DNA of 64,000 bases, from NCBI GenBank assembly GCA_951406725.2, contig OX597816.1:131564001-131628000 (forward strand), in the 5' to 3' direction. Within the stretch, counting starts at the first letter, position 1; each line of letters starts with the position of its first letter. Source of the stretch: Octopus vulgaris. Lineage: Eukaryota. The position numbers and the translations under genes are program-made. The notes beneath the pieces were generated by a model that worked only from the letters and a program-made list of their open reading frames with translations, did no database searches and had not been told where the DNA came from. Of the stretch, positions 13,255 to 25,901 are shown piece by piece.

Positions 13255-13620
13255 ATATTAGAAGAAATAAGGTACTCAGAAATCTTGATGGTTTTATATT
13301 TACAGATATCTATTAATATGTCACATGTTTTTATAAATCATATATTAGCACTTGCATCCACTCTTGTGGGGCCTTCAGATTGAACTTTTTCAGGATATTT
13401 GTCTCTTTTTATAGTATTATTGAGTGTGTAGGGGTGGAGAGAGATATAAGATAGTACTATCTTATATCTTTCTCCACCCCTACAATACCTGAAAACTCCA
13501 CTAGAGTGGACGCAAGCGCTAATATATGATTTATAAAAACATGTGACATATTAATAAATATCTGTAAATATAAAACCATCCAGATTTCTGAGTACCTTAT
13601 TTCTTCTAAAATATATATAT
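13255..13620. mobile_element. Fold-back element with degenerate hammerhead motifs in both arms
   Basis: 13255-13380 is the inverse of 13487-13620; inner palindrome centred on agtact (13452-13457); CTGAA(G/A)(G/A)-stem-GCAA-g(c/t)gc-TA in each arm. Confidence 0.75.
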
Positions 13621-13779
13621 ATTGAACAAGGAAATAAATGTTCAACACTGCATTGGTGAACAAATATTCTTTACTTGTGGATTAACAAGGCAACCAATGG
13701 TTTCAAGTGGAAGAGATTTCCACAGTTGTTCAAGCTTACTATGTTGGAATCTTGGTACTCAGCTTCATTTTGCATTTCT

Positions 13780-14680
13780 ATCATCATCATCATCATCATC
13801 ATTTAGCGTCCGCTTTCTATGCTAGCATGGGTTGGACGGTTCAACTGGGGTCTGGGAAGCCAGAAGGCTGCACCAGGCCCAGTCTGATCTGGCAATGTTT
13901 CTATGGCTGGATGCCCTTCCTAATGCCAACCACTCCGTGAGTGTAGTGGGTGCTTTTTACGTGCCAGATGGGACTGGCAAACGGCTACGGTAGGATGGTG
14001 CTTTTTACGTGTCCCCGGCAAGGCTGGCAATGGCCACGATCGGATGGTGCTTTTTACGTGCCACTGGCATGGAGGCCAGTCGGGGCAGCGCTGGCAACGG
14101 CCACGGTCGGATGGTGCTTTTTACGTGCCACCAGCACAGGGGCCAGGTCAGGCCAGCAACGGCCATGATCGGATGGTGCTTTTTACATGCCACCGGCATG
14201 GAGGCCAGTCGGGGCGGTGCTGGCAACGACCACGATCGGATGGTTTGCTTACATGCCACCGGCACTGTATCACAGCTGCAATTTCCATTGATGTTGATCG
14301 ACTTCGATTTTGGTTCTGATTCCCACTTGCCTCAACGGATCTTCACAAGTGGAGTTTTGTGTCCCAAGAAGGAAAGGTATGCATAAGTCGACTGGCTACA
14401 TCCCAGGTAGAGGCCACGGGTTATGGTCTCACTAGTCCTGCCGGGTCTTCTCACGCACAGCATACTTCCATAGGTCTCGGTCTCAAGTCATTTCCTTGGT
14501 GAGACCTAAAGTTCGAAGGTCGTGCTTCACCACCTCGTCCCAGGTTTTCCTGGGTCTACCTCTTCCACAGGTTCCCTCAACTGCTAGGGTGTGGCACTTT
14601 TTCACAAAACTATCTTCAGCCATTCTCGTCACATGACCATACCAGCGCAAATGTCTCTCTTGCACACCACAACTGATGCT
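13780..14680 (-). mobile_element. Well-preserved RTE LINE 3' end
   Basis: ORF 14483-14665: RHLRWYGHVTRM...GRGRPRKTWDEVVKHDL; UTR with six hairpin units; (GAT)n tail. Confidence 0.93.
13949..14265. repeat. Minisatellite of 48-67 bp units in RTE 3' UTR
   Basis: ggtgctttttacgtgcca core at 13949, 13997, 14046, 14113, 14175, and degenerate at 14242. Confidence 0.9.
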
Positions 14681-14744
14681 CTCTCTATATATGTATATAT
14701 ATATATGTATATGTGTGTGTGTGTGTGTGCATATGCATGCGTAT

Positions 14745-14960
14745 CTGTGGTGGGTCTTTGTGTTTGTCTTGTATCACTGCTTAACAATTGGTGTTGGTTT
14801 GTTTACATCCTTGTACGTTAATGGTTTAACAAAAGACACTGATAGGTTAAATGCCAGACCTATAGGATAAAAAGCATTGGATTTGATTTGTTCAACGAAA
14901 CTCTTCAAAGCTGTGTCCCAGTATGGCTGCAGTCCAATGACTGAAACAAGTAAAACAAAA
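14745..14960 (+). mobile_element. SINE-A 3' half (second copy at 15195-15392)
   Basis: ggtgttggtttgtttacatcc...cccagtatggctgcagtccaatgactgaaacaagtaaaa. Confidence 0.7.
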
Positions 14961-15599
14961 ACGACAGTAGGGTGGTGTTGCGGTTATTCTGGTCTTATGT
15001 TACAGGTGGAAAGTGTTGAATTGTAAGCAAGAGGATATTGCTAAAGTGTGAGTAAAATAAAATGAGTGGTGGTTACAAAAAGTTTGAGCAGCACTGGTTG
15101 TGATTTTGTTTACATTTGCTTACAAAGGCAGGTCTGCTGAATTGCTTGTCATTCAAAAGAGTACCTTATTTGGTGTGTGTGAGTGTGTGTGCAAGCATGT
15201 CTTTGCGTTTGTACCCCACTACTACTTGACAACTGGTGCTGGTTTGTTTACATCCCCATAACTTAGCAGTTTAGCTACAGAGACCAGCCGAATAAGTACC
15301 AGGCTTTAAAAAGGATTACTGGGTTTGATTTATTTGGCTAAACCCTTTAAGCATGGTTGCAGTCTAATGCTTAAACAAATAAAAGATTAAAAGTATACCA
15401 AAGACATGACAAAAAGTTTTCGATAGATATGTGCTCACAGTTCATAAGGCTGCAGTAAATAGTTCAATAACTTATCCAGCAGGTCATTCAATCTCTACAA
15501 TCATAACATTATAAATGATTATTAAAAAATTGATACCGCATACATTACAATCATTTTCTGATCCAGATCTGAAGCATGTTCAGTCGTGTATAAGCAATA

Positions 15600-15665
<66 letters not shown>

Positions 15666-15758
15666 TCAATATAGGGTGGCAAAAAAAATTTTGTAGAATT
15701 CTTTTGCCACCAGCGGCCTAGTAGGAAAAAATTTAATAGTCATAAACCATTTTTACGT

Positions 15759-16148
15759 TCAACATCACAATCAAGGAACGGCCATAATAGGCCATTCACC
15801 CACTAGAAATAACAGCCAAAAGCTTTAACCAAAATAACATTAATTCCGTAAACCAGGAGAAAATTGAAAAACTTTTACCCTGTAATTTCTTAGACGATGC
15901 ACCGTTTCATCTACCGTTTAATGGTAAACTAACCTGATTAAATTAAATTAAATCAAGCTTGATTTAATTTAATCAGGTTAGTTTACCATTAAACGGTAGA
16001 TGAAACGGTGCATCGTCTAAGAAATTACAGGGTAAAAGTTTTCAATTTTCTCCTGGTTTACGGAATTAATGTTATTTTCGTAAAGCTTTTGGCTGTTATT
16101 TCTAGTGGGTGAATGGCCTATTATGGCCGTTCCTTGATTGTGATGTTG

Positions 16149-16149
<1 letters not shown>
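15759..16149. mobile_element. Near-perfect ~390-bp palindrome in (TA)n; probably Penelope-derived fold-back
   Basis: Arms tcaacatcacaatcaaggaacggcc... and ...ggccgttccttgattgtgatgttga, centre aagctt at ~15955-15960; GAAAC-ggtgcatc-GTC hammerhead 3' half. Confidence 0.85.
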
Positions 16150-16179
<30 letters not shown>

Positions 16180-16207
16180 ATAATAATTAATATAATAAAC
16201 ACATATC

Positions 16208-16241
<34 letters not shown>

Positions 16242-16278
16242 ATAAACACTACACACACACACACACGCACATATATAC

Positions 16279-16353
<75 letters not shown>

Positions 16354-17354
16354 AAGAGAGAGAGAGAGAGAGAAGAATTATAAGTATAAAGATATATTAT
16401 ATAATACTATGCAAGATAAATTCTTGATTTATGGAAATTATCTTTCCTTCAAGAGAAAAGTGAACCAATGACTCATACCAATTGTGACCAACTCTAAATG
16501 AGAAAGGGAGATAATCTCAGGAGTCAAGCTTTTTCTGAAACTGATATGTTATTAAGAATCTTTGGAGACAAGATTCTTAATGTAGAAATATTGCAAGATA
16601 TAACAGTGGCGATGAAGGTTTCGCAAAACACAATAATGGTGACAAGGATTCTAATTTCATGCACTCCACAACAGTGGGACAGAGAAGAAGAAAACAAATA
16701 ATATAAGTCTGTTTGAAGGATTTCAGTCAGGTCGTTCATGTGTTAGTAGCACTACTGGTAAGAATGTAGAGCCAGTACTACCTGGGGCATTCTGAAAAAA
16801 AATTCTGTGTGTGGAAGAAAAAGAAATGGAATATGAAAAATAGAATAAAAAATGATAATGCTGTGGGAAGAAATAATATGTTAGAAAAAAACAAAAAATT
16901 CTATTGGAAAAAGATTTTGTAATACATAATTGAAAAAAGTGATAATTCTATGTGTGGAAGAAAAAGAACTGGAACATGAATATGTAATGCTGTGGAAGAC
17001 ACTCTGAGTGAGAGAAGTGGGCTGTTCCACCACAAATAAATAATGGACAGGCACAACAAGTTGGCGAGGTATGCCATTCGGGCCAGTCACGCAGACAATG
17101 ATGTACATCGTTATAATTTGGGACATATCAGTTTCAAGCAAGACATAACATGACCACAACCACCAACAATAATACCACCACCACCACTACCATCATCATC
17201 ATCATCCTCTGAATAACTTTTTTTTTACCAAAATATTTCTCTGATATCCAAAAGAAAATAATAAAGCATTTGTACATTTTTATTTTGTTACTTAGATTAC
17301 CAAATAGTTGTTTCCTTACTTGACAGAAGGTAATATATTTGTGAAAATATGTCT

Positions 17355-17660
17355 TCATTGTGGCACTTTGGCACGCCATTGGTTGACGATGATGAGGGTT
17401 CCAGCTGATTCGATCAATGGAACAGCCTGTTTGGGAAATTAACATGCAAGTGATTAAGCACTCCACAGACACATGTATCCTTCTCAGGGAGATTCAGTGT
17501 GACAAGGCTGGCCCTTTGAAATACCGGTAGTACTCAATTTTGTCAGCTGAGTGGACTGGAGCAGCAGAAAATAAAGTGTTACAATGCCTCACTGGGAACT
17601 GAACTCATAACCTTACAATTTTGAGCCGAATACCCTAACCACTAAGCCACGTGCCTTCAC
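17355..17660 (-). mobile_element. tRNA-derived SINE (family C-related)
   Basis: Reverse complement begins gtgaaggcacgtggcttagtggttagggtattcggc...gagttcagttccc (A and B boxes); shared cagctgagtggactggagca block. Confidence 0.8.
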
Positions 17661-18094
17661 TCTTATTTGTAATGCCCTTAAATTTCAAGTGAACATCCTC
17701 TTTCTGTACTGGCATCACAGCAACATAACATAGCTCTCCATATTCACCCCTCCATATTCCACCCCATCCACATTCCCTTATTTTGTTGAGGGAAGATGGG
17801 AGGTGAGCCTTCAAGGCTGCCAGGTTTAACACCACCGCCAGGTCACTGAGTGCCTTTCATGGAATTCACTCTGTTGTTATGATCTGGACAAGACAACACC
17901 CCATATTCCACCCTCCCCACCATGTTTTTCCAGTAAATGTCATCTGCAGGTGTTTCAGACACACCTTCAACTACATCCTCATATCAATACCACCATGATC
18001 ATTGTGGACAATGCTTACATAGACATTGGATACTGCCCCTCCTTCCCTAACACATTAGGCTATCTTTGTTGTGTAGTTGATTTAATTATTATTA

Positions 18095-18650
18095 TTGAGT
18101 GAGAGAGCAGTGCATGCCATCAAAGTGATACTGGGGTAAAATATACGAAGCCCAGTATACCCATCATGACTACCTGTCTGATATGGGTACACTAGGCACA
18201 TGCATCACAACCATATGTGTGTGACATGGTGATCTCATATCAAGATAAACAGCACATGACCTTGCAGGTGGGGCCCAGTTAGAATTTTCTTCAGGTCGAG
18301 TAGTCCATACCTCTCAAAAGGTCCCTGAATAAGGATTGTTTAAGGATGTTGAACGAAACACCCATGTTTCCAGAGATGAATTATTCAAACCCCAAAGAAT
18401 CCCTCTCAACACATGGCTATGATGCTCCCCAACTACTTCTGCTCATGATCAGAAATGCACATATCATGAGCCACTAAGGGACATGCTTAACTGGTTAAAG
18501 TCAAGCAACTGACAAGCAAATCTGTGGTATTGAGCAGAATATTTGCTGTAGCCCATCTTTTATACCAAGACAAAACAATGTACATGATAACACTTCCAAT
18601 CAGTTAAGATCAGAAGTCATGAGAGCCACTGTCTGGTACTGTATCAGGGC
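18095..18650 (-). mobile_element. Unclassified non-coding element inserted in (ATT)n
   Basis: Sharply bounded complex sequence with (ATT)n on both sides; no ORF; strand is a guess from an (AAT)n tail. Confidence 0.5.
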
Positions 18651-19416
18651 AGTTATTATTATTATTATTGCTGTTGTTGTTGTTACTTGTACTTTAATCC
18701 TCTTCCTGCCTTCTCTTTTAAATAACTTTTAAATAATATTCAGCAACATATTCCCCACATTATTTTAATAATTTATATTATTTTATAATTATGATATAAT
18801 ATAAATTATTACATTTTTTGCTTTTGTTCAATATAATACTAATATGCAAAAAACAAAAAGACTAAATATTTTTTTCCTCTTTTATCTATAGATTGCCACA
18901 AAAATCAGTTAATAAACTGAGTTTTAATTAAATTAATTTGTCCATGTCTGAAAGCCAATTCTTGGTTGTAATATTAGCATGTCTGTGATGTAGTTGCCTC
19001 TGAAAGCTAAGGAAAGTAGGTCAGTGTTCGGTTATAAAGTCTGCTAATTATAATGACCATGCTTTCTTTTAACCATTACCATCATCATCATCATCACCAT
19101 CATATTTACATTCAATTCTTCCAAACTAGCATTGGTCAGACAAGACTTATTGAGAAAATATTTTGGCTACCCTTCCTGTCCGTGATGCTCACTTGCTCCC
19201 AAATAAAATACTCTTTTGAATGACAAGCAATTCATTGGACATGCCTTTGCAAGCAAATCTAAAAAAAGTTACCATCAGTGCTACTCAAACTTTTTTTAAC
19301 CACCACTCATTTTATTTTACTCACACTTTATCAATGTGTAAACTGTGAAACCGGTTAAAGCTTCAAATATTTGACTATTCTTAGAGAATTTTCAACTTCT
19401 ATTTTTCCTATATATA

Positions 19417-19635
19417 TAATCAAAATAAGCAACAAGGATATCCAAAGGTAATGCAGTATGATCGTTTCAAGCAACTCCCTTTAATTGAATAATGCAATCA
19501 TAACATCAATTTAAATGCAGCTGAGGATTGCTCTGCATTTAAATTTATGTAATGATTGCATTGTTCAATTAAATGGAGTTGCTTGAGACGATCGTCCTGC
19601 ATTACCTCTGGATATCCTTGTTGCTTATTTTGATT
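19417..19635. mobile_element. Fold-back element with hammerhead-like core
   Basis: Arms ~19417-19520 and 19533-19635; spacer ctgaggattgct; GA(A/G)AC-gatc-GTC-ctgcat. Confidence 0.75.
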
Positions 19636-19833
19636 TTAATCACCTTATTTTGAAATTGTATGGATAATACTGTACTAAATTCTGGTGCCTCAACTTAAGT
19701 ACCATATTCATCTGAAACTAAATATATATATATATATATATATAAGATAGTGGTACAACAATGCACCAATATTTACTGGAAATAGCAGTTGATAATATAC
19801 GATGCTATAGTAAATTTAATAATTTATAGTATA

Positions 19834-21260
19834 TGTTGTGTGGATGCTCCCACACGATAAGTAAACTAGTCCAATACATATAAATAGTGGACATGATAGC
19901 TAAACAAGAAGTGTCGCATAGAGAATTTTTGAGTTGAGTTGGTGATTTGGTTGAAAAAAAGCGTTGTTGTTATGAGCGATGAGTTGTTGGACCTTCATTT
20001 TTGAGACTGTTGTATTTGTTGGAATTCTGCTGATATTGTTGAATTTGATTATTGTGGAATTTGTTTCTTACCCATTGTTGGGGATGGAAGCTGGCAGCTA
20101 CACTGCGGTAGCAAGCAAAAGCCTGTCAGCCAACATGCTGCAATTAAAAGAGATAAAGATGGAAGGAAATGATTTTAAAAAATACAAGAAACTGTTCAAG
20201 AAGGAGAGGGATTGCTTCCGATTGATACCATCTATTGATGCATTGCAAAAGGCTGAAAAGAAAATGATAGTCTATAGAACATGGAAACCAAAAGAGTAGA
20301 AGTAGCAGAGATTGAAGCAATAGAAGAGTATTTGTGAGAGGTCAAGGGAATGACAACATTCTGTGCCTGAAGAAGGAAGTACAGCACAATGGAGATGCAC
20401 TTTGTGAACGAGGAGGAAGCAAAAAGGCACACTACTGTGCCTTTGAGAACGGCCAAGTGGGAACTCTTGCCGACTACTGTTGGAAACAAGCTGCAAGAGT
20501 TAGGATGGGGAGAGTGCCCTCAGAGATAGATGAGGCATGGCTAGTGACAGCCATCTTCTACAATTGCAAGGAGGAAGTGGAGGTGATAAAGGTCGAGAAG
20601 TTGAAGGAGATCAACTGGTGGGTGTATGGTCTGGAAGTCTTGATACATATTACCCTACCAGATTTACATCAGGTAGTAGAAGAGCTGGTCCTCCCCGATG
20701 AGACCCGACTGGCAGTTGTGGTGGAGCAAAAACAAGAGATATATAAAAATGGAAAACAGGACTGGGAATAAGGAAGTATAACTAGATATCTGGGTAATGT
20801 GATGTACATAGCAAAAGGACCAAAATATGAACACAGAATGCATGTAAACCAATTAAAAAAAAGATATACCAAAATTCAAGAGAGACAAGAGGAACCAATG
20901 GATATATGGTATGATTTGTTTGAGGTCCCAGAACCACAAGCAGAAGCAAAACCAACATGTAGGTCAAACAGGAAGAAAAAACCTACAGAAATTATGGAAA
21001 TTAACTCTAAGAGAAAAAGATATGCCAGTTTCTCACCAAAGAAATAAGATTGACAAATTTGGGTTTAGAAAAAAAAACTCTCAATAAAGGGAGGTGTTGT
21101 GTGGATGCCCCAGACAATAAGTAAGCTAGTCCAATAAGTATAAATAGTGGATGTGATAGCTAGACGAGAAGCAGCGCATAAAGCGAATCGGAGCTATAGG
21201 TAGACTAGATGTCAAGTTCTGTTGAGTTGAGTCGTTGGAAGTGAGAGTTCAGTAGTTGAA
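19834..21260 (+). mobile_element. Internally deleted/chimeric LTR retrotransposon (Gypsy-like)
   Basis: Direct repeats starting TGTTGTGTGGATGC at 19834 and 21095; polypurine tract aaagggagg immediately before the second; integrase C-terminus-like YLGNVMYIAKGPKYEHRMHVNQLKKRY. Confidence 0.8.
20084..20730 (+). pseudogene. Frameshifted ORF resembling non-LTR (L1/Tx1-type) ORF1
   Basis: MEAGSYTAVASK...AARVRMGRVPSEIDEAWLVTAI...RLAVVVE; family assignment is by motif recollection only. Confidence 0.45.
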
Positions 21261-21344
21261 TTGAGGTACGTTATTGGCAAAGGCACACCATCTGAATGTG
21301 CAATATAATGGTATATTTGATAACTTTTCTTTATATATATATAT

Positions 21345-21498
21345 GATAGGCTTCTTTCAGTTTCCATCTACCAAATTCACTCACAAGGCTTCGGTTGGCC
21401 TGAGTAGAAGACACTTGCCCAAGATGCCACGCAAGTAGGACTGAACCTCAAACCATGTGGCTGGGAAGGAAGCTTCTTACCACACAGCCACGCCTGTA

Positions 21499-21573
<75 letters not shown>

Positions 21574-21765
21574 ATCTAAATATATATGTATGTGTATATG
21601 TCTGTGTGTACAATGGGCTCCTTTCAGTTTGCAAATCTGCCCATACAGCTTTGATCTGCCAAGGGATATAGTAGAAAACACTTGCCCAAGGTGCCATTTG
21701 GTGAGACTGACTGCACGACCACATGATAGGGAAGCAAGTCTCTTAACAACACAGCCAAACCTGCA
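21345..21765 (-). mobile_element. Two SINE-A heads separated by (TA)n(TG)n
   Basis: 21345-21500 and 21613-21765: gaagacacttgcccaag, cttcttaccacacagccac. Confidence 0.8.
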
Positions 21766-21853
21766 TAATTTTACATTTAATTTTACACAGCTTACATGTG
21801 CGACACTGGTATGCAATCTTCTGGCATTATTGCCTGTGAAAGACCAATGTATG

Positions 21854-21856
<3 letters not shown>

Positions 21857-21938
<82 letters not shown>

Positions 21939-21965
21939 ACTCTATTTCTCTCTCTCTTTCTCTCA
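21857..21965. repeat. (CT)n microsatellite
   Basis: Direct reading. Confidence 0.95.
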
Positions 21966-23559
21966 AGAGAAATTCATTTTTTATTAGCTTAACACTTATA
22001 GAGCAAAGTAGTGGATTGTTGATCTTTTACAGCTCATTGGGACGTTTATTATAATATAATCATTACTTTTTGGCATAAGAATTAGTGCAAAGGAAATTAA
22101 GATCAAAGATTTAATTTAAATATGACCACTTTAAACCAGATAAATTTTTATGAAAAGGATTACAAAAAAATATAAAAAAAAACCAGTTGATTATACCCTC
22201 TTGTTCACATAAAGTATTGTGCTATAACTAAAAAAAGTTGTTTAGACAAGTTTCTCTAAATAAAGATTATGTATATTATGCATCGATCTCCAGCCCATGC
22301 TAGCATGGACAGTAGAGATGAAGTAATGATGATAATGATGATGATGATGTTGATGTTGATGAGGATGATGATGATGACAATGACAGCGATGTTTATGATG
22401 AGTGTGAGGATGATGTATTGACAACCCCTAATTAAAAACCAAACAACTCATAACCTTTGTTTGAGATTTCGTCTGAAGATTTTTACACACCGACAAAAAA
22501 ATGCCTAAGTGCAACTGATACAAATACAAGGAAATTTATCTAAATTATCATAAAATGAAGGCAAAAAACCCTGCAAAAAATTTACTTTTTATGCAATCAT
22601 TTCTACAGGATACTTGAAAGAAAAAGATATCTGTCTCAAATTAAAAAATAAATAAATAAATAATTAATCTGCATTTCCAGAAAATAAAGTTTTCAAAATC
22701 AATTAAAGGAAAATCCCATTGACAAGAATACCAATTGTATTATGTGCACCTAAGAATACATGTTTTACATACATAAATATACATGACTGTGTATTTACAT
22801 ATATGAACATGCATGAAACCACATTAACATATAGATATAGATTAAATACACACACATATATACATATACACAAACACATTATACACACCCCTCCCTCTAT
22901 TTCCCATTCCCTTCCCCTTTTTCTCTCACATACACATATGTTATAGTACTGCCTTTTGGTAAATTCAATTGGGCCATTTGAAACACATACATCATTGTAT
23001 TTACTTTATAATTTCTGTTAGTGGTTAATTGTATAAAAACCACTTCTTTATTTCTTAACTATAGACAACGTGTGTGTTTGTGTGTGTGAGTGTTTAAGTA
23101 TCTAAAATGACTTTATTGAGTTACAACTATATCTCTTTCAAAATGTTCATGACTTCAGAGTAAATTCAGTAGCCAAAAAATTTGTTTTGTTCTTTTATTC
23201 TTTTGTTGGTTTCAGTTTTTGGATTATGGCTAGACCTTCAAGGGTTCTAATTCCTTATATTTACCCCAATGTGTTGCCTAGTAATCCTACTTTTGATCCT
23301 TGACTAAGATTACCTTTTCGCACAAAAGAATGTAACTCAATAAAAGTCTAAATATCACAGGATGTTTTTTTTGTTTAATCACACACATTTCTAAGCACAT
23401 ATATACATATAAATATAAATACAGACACACATGTATAGATGCACTCATATACAACAGATTTCTGTACATGTTTCTGTTTAACAAATTCACCCTTCATGAC
23501 ATTTGTCAATTCTGTGGACCATGGTACAAAACATTTGTCCTATATGCTGTGCAATGAAA

Positions 23560-23885
23560 TTGCAAAGGTAAAGGCCCACTTCAGTCACAAATGGCCATGG
23601 AATTGCACCAAGAAATTTTCCTTCTGAGGCATAAGTCCAGTTAAGGTTGTTAATGGAAGACTAGAAGTCACCCATGCATGCCAGCCTTCTCTCTCTGCAC
23701 AACTGATATTGTTCGAGGGAAAGACAAATGCTAATAAAGCTTGGTACCTGCGATAACGCAACACATTTCTACAACAGAATGAACTGGAGTAATGTGAAAT
23801 AAAGTGTCTTACTCAAGAACACAACATACAGCCTGGTCCAGGAATCAAGCTTACTACCTTATGATCATGAGCCTGATCTTCACAA
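23560..23885 (-). mobile_element. SINE-C copy
   Basis: Reverse complement of 28889-29195 (gaactggagtaatgtgaaataaagtgtcttactcaagaacacaac). Confidence 0.75.
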
Positions 23886-24011
23886 TGGAATTGTACCAGG
23901 AAATATATACAAGAAGAAAATATCATAGACACTACAAAGGAGTGTAGTATTATATGGTAGTGATACTTAGGCATTGAACGAGAGGTGGGGAGAAATGAAA
24001 TTAACATAGAC

Positions 24012-24141
24012 CAGTCATGGGCAAACTACAGCCTATGAAGCTTTCTGAATAGCACACCTAATGAAAAGTTAATCCTGAATATTCTAGTAGTGCAGTCATG
24101 CCTTATGCAGCCCACTTCTCAAGAACAGTTGTCCATACCTG
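24012..24141. mobile_element. hAT-like MITE
   Basis: TIRs CAGTCATGGGCAAACT / AGTTGTCCATACCTG; 8-bp TSD acatagac / atatagtc (6 of 8 match). Confidence 0.7.
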
Positions 24142-25853
24142 ATATAGTCTATAGGATATGTGATATTATCTAACATGAAAAAATAAAAGCGAGCTAAGAA
24201 AATTTATTATAATTCTATTCACATCTTGGCTGTATTATAAAATGTAAATCAACTCCAGTACTTAACTGGTAACTTATTTTATTGACTTGGAAGGCTGGAA
24301 TGCAAGATTTGAACTCAGAAAGTAAGAGTCTATAACTAAATATTGCAAGCATTTTATTGAACAGTTCAATGATTCTACCAATCCATCACCTAATCTAAAG
24401 TAGCTGGACATGTTTTAAAGGTATTGGGTGATGTATGCTGAGAGATAAGTGTGTTGTTGTGGATGCACTATGCACTATCAATGAAAGATAGCCATGGCAG
24501 AGTCAGTATTTGACAGAAGAATGCTGAGTACTATTCAATGACAGATAGTCATGACAGAGGAAGGCTATCATGGAAGATACTGGAAAAAGTGCTGTGATCA
24601 TATAAAGAACAGAAAGAGATGTTCATTTTTTTTTTAAGGAACATAAACAAAATTAAAGCTTAATTTAATTACTATTTCATCTTTAAGTTGATATATAAAA
24701 TTTATTTTAATATTGTCAATGGGAAAAAATATTTTCAGGCATGCTTCATGTTAGCAACTCCAAACTAAGAATTCCTGGTAATATATTTTGCTTTTCATTC
24801 TCTTCCAACATTGAAAGTAATTGTGCACTGAACATCTGGGATTAATATTTTTCCCTCTGTTTCCATCAAACAGAAGTATAAAAGGTACAGTGGGGTGAAT
24901 GGAAACTAAAGCCTAACAATATTCGACTGAAACAGTTGTTTGCTACCATATAATCAGTCAATAGAGGATGCAGACATCAAAGTGTTTAACTCACATCTGG
25001 CAGCCGTACCACTTTTGAATGATTCAGTTCAGTTCAGCTCAGAGAAAGTGTGAGAGAAAGAGACAGATAGATAGATAGATAGAGAGAGAGAGAGGGAGAG
25101 AAAGGAAGAGAGTGAGAGAGAGAGTGTGTGTGTGTGTGTGTGTGTAAGAATGAAATTCAGAGAGTGAGGAGAGAGGGAAAGAGAGAGTGAGAGAAAGAAA
25201 GAGGGAGAGAAAAAGTGAGATAAGTGTGTGTGTGTGTGTGTGTGTAATGATATTCGAAGAGAGGGGTGGGAGGGAAGGAGCAAGAGAGAATGAGTGTGTC
25301 TGTGTGTGTTTGAAATTCAGAAAGAGAGAAAGAGAGAGAGCAAGAGAGAGCAAGAGAGAATGAGAGAGGGGAGAGAGAAAGAGAGCGAAAGAGAGAGAGG
25401 GATTTTTATGATTTATCTGAGAGAGTAAGATAAATTGAGAGAGAGAGAGAGAAGAGTGACACAGAAATATTTAAATTTGTAGCCAATCATCTCATTAAAA
25501 ATGCTATTCTTAAATGTCTCTCTATACACTGGATTGTACCATCTGCCCAACAATCTATTATTTCCTCCTTTGTATCTAAACTTCCTCAAAAGTATTTTCC
25601 TTCAAGCTATTATGTACAGCAGAGGATGCGCAAAACTGGTTGAAAACAAGGACAAAGTCGACTACAATCTCAGTGTTTCGATTGTTGTTGCTGTCGTTGT
25701 CATTGTTGATTTTGTATAACATCAGGTCAACTCTGAGTGAACAAACTTATTATCAAAGACACTGCAGCCATGATATAAAGTCAATATGTTAATGATCCAT
25801 TATATAAGACAGAACAGAATAGAAAAACAAAGCATTAGATGATGCGTGTGTAT

Positions 25854-25901
<48 letters not shown>

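Noticed and set aside
13949-14265. CRISPR array
   Set aside because: Eukaryotic LINE UTR context, no cas genes, spacers duplicated and of unequal length
17945-17980. Hammerhead on the minus strand (TTGAAGG...GAAAC)
   Set aside because: Core mutated and stem II does not pair
18590-18650. U2 snRNA-like sequence
   Set aside because: Only a few short words resemble U2; no collinear match
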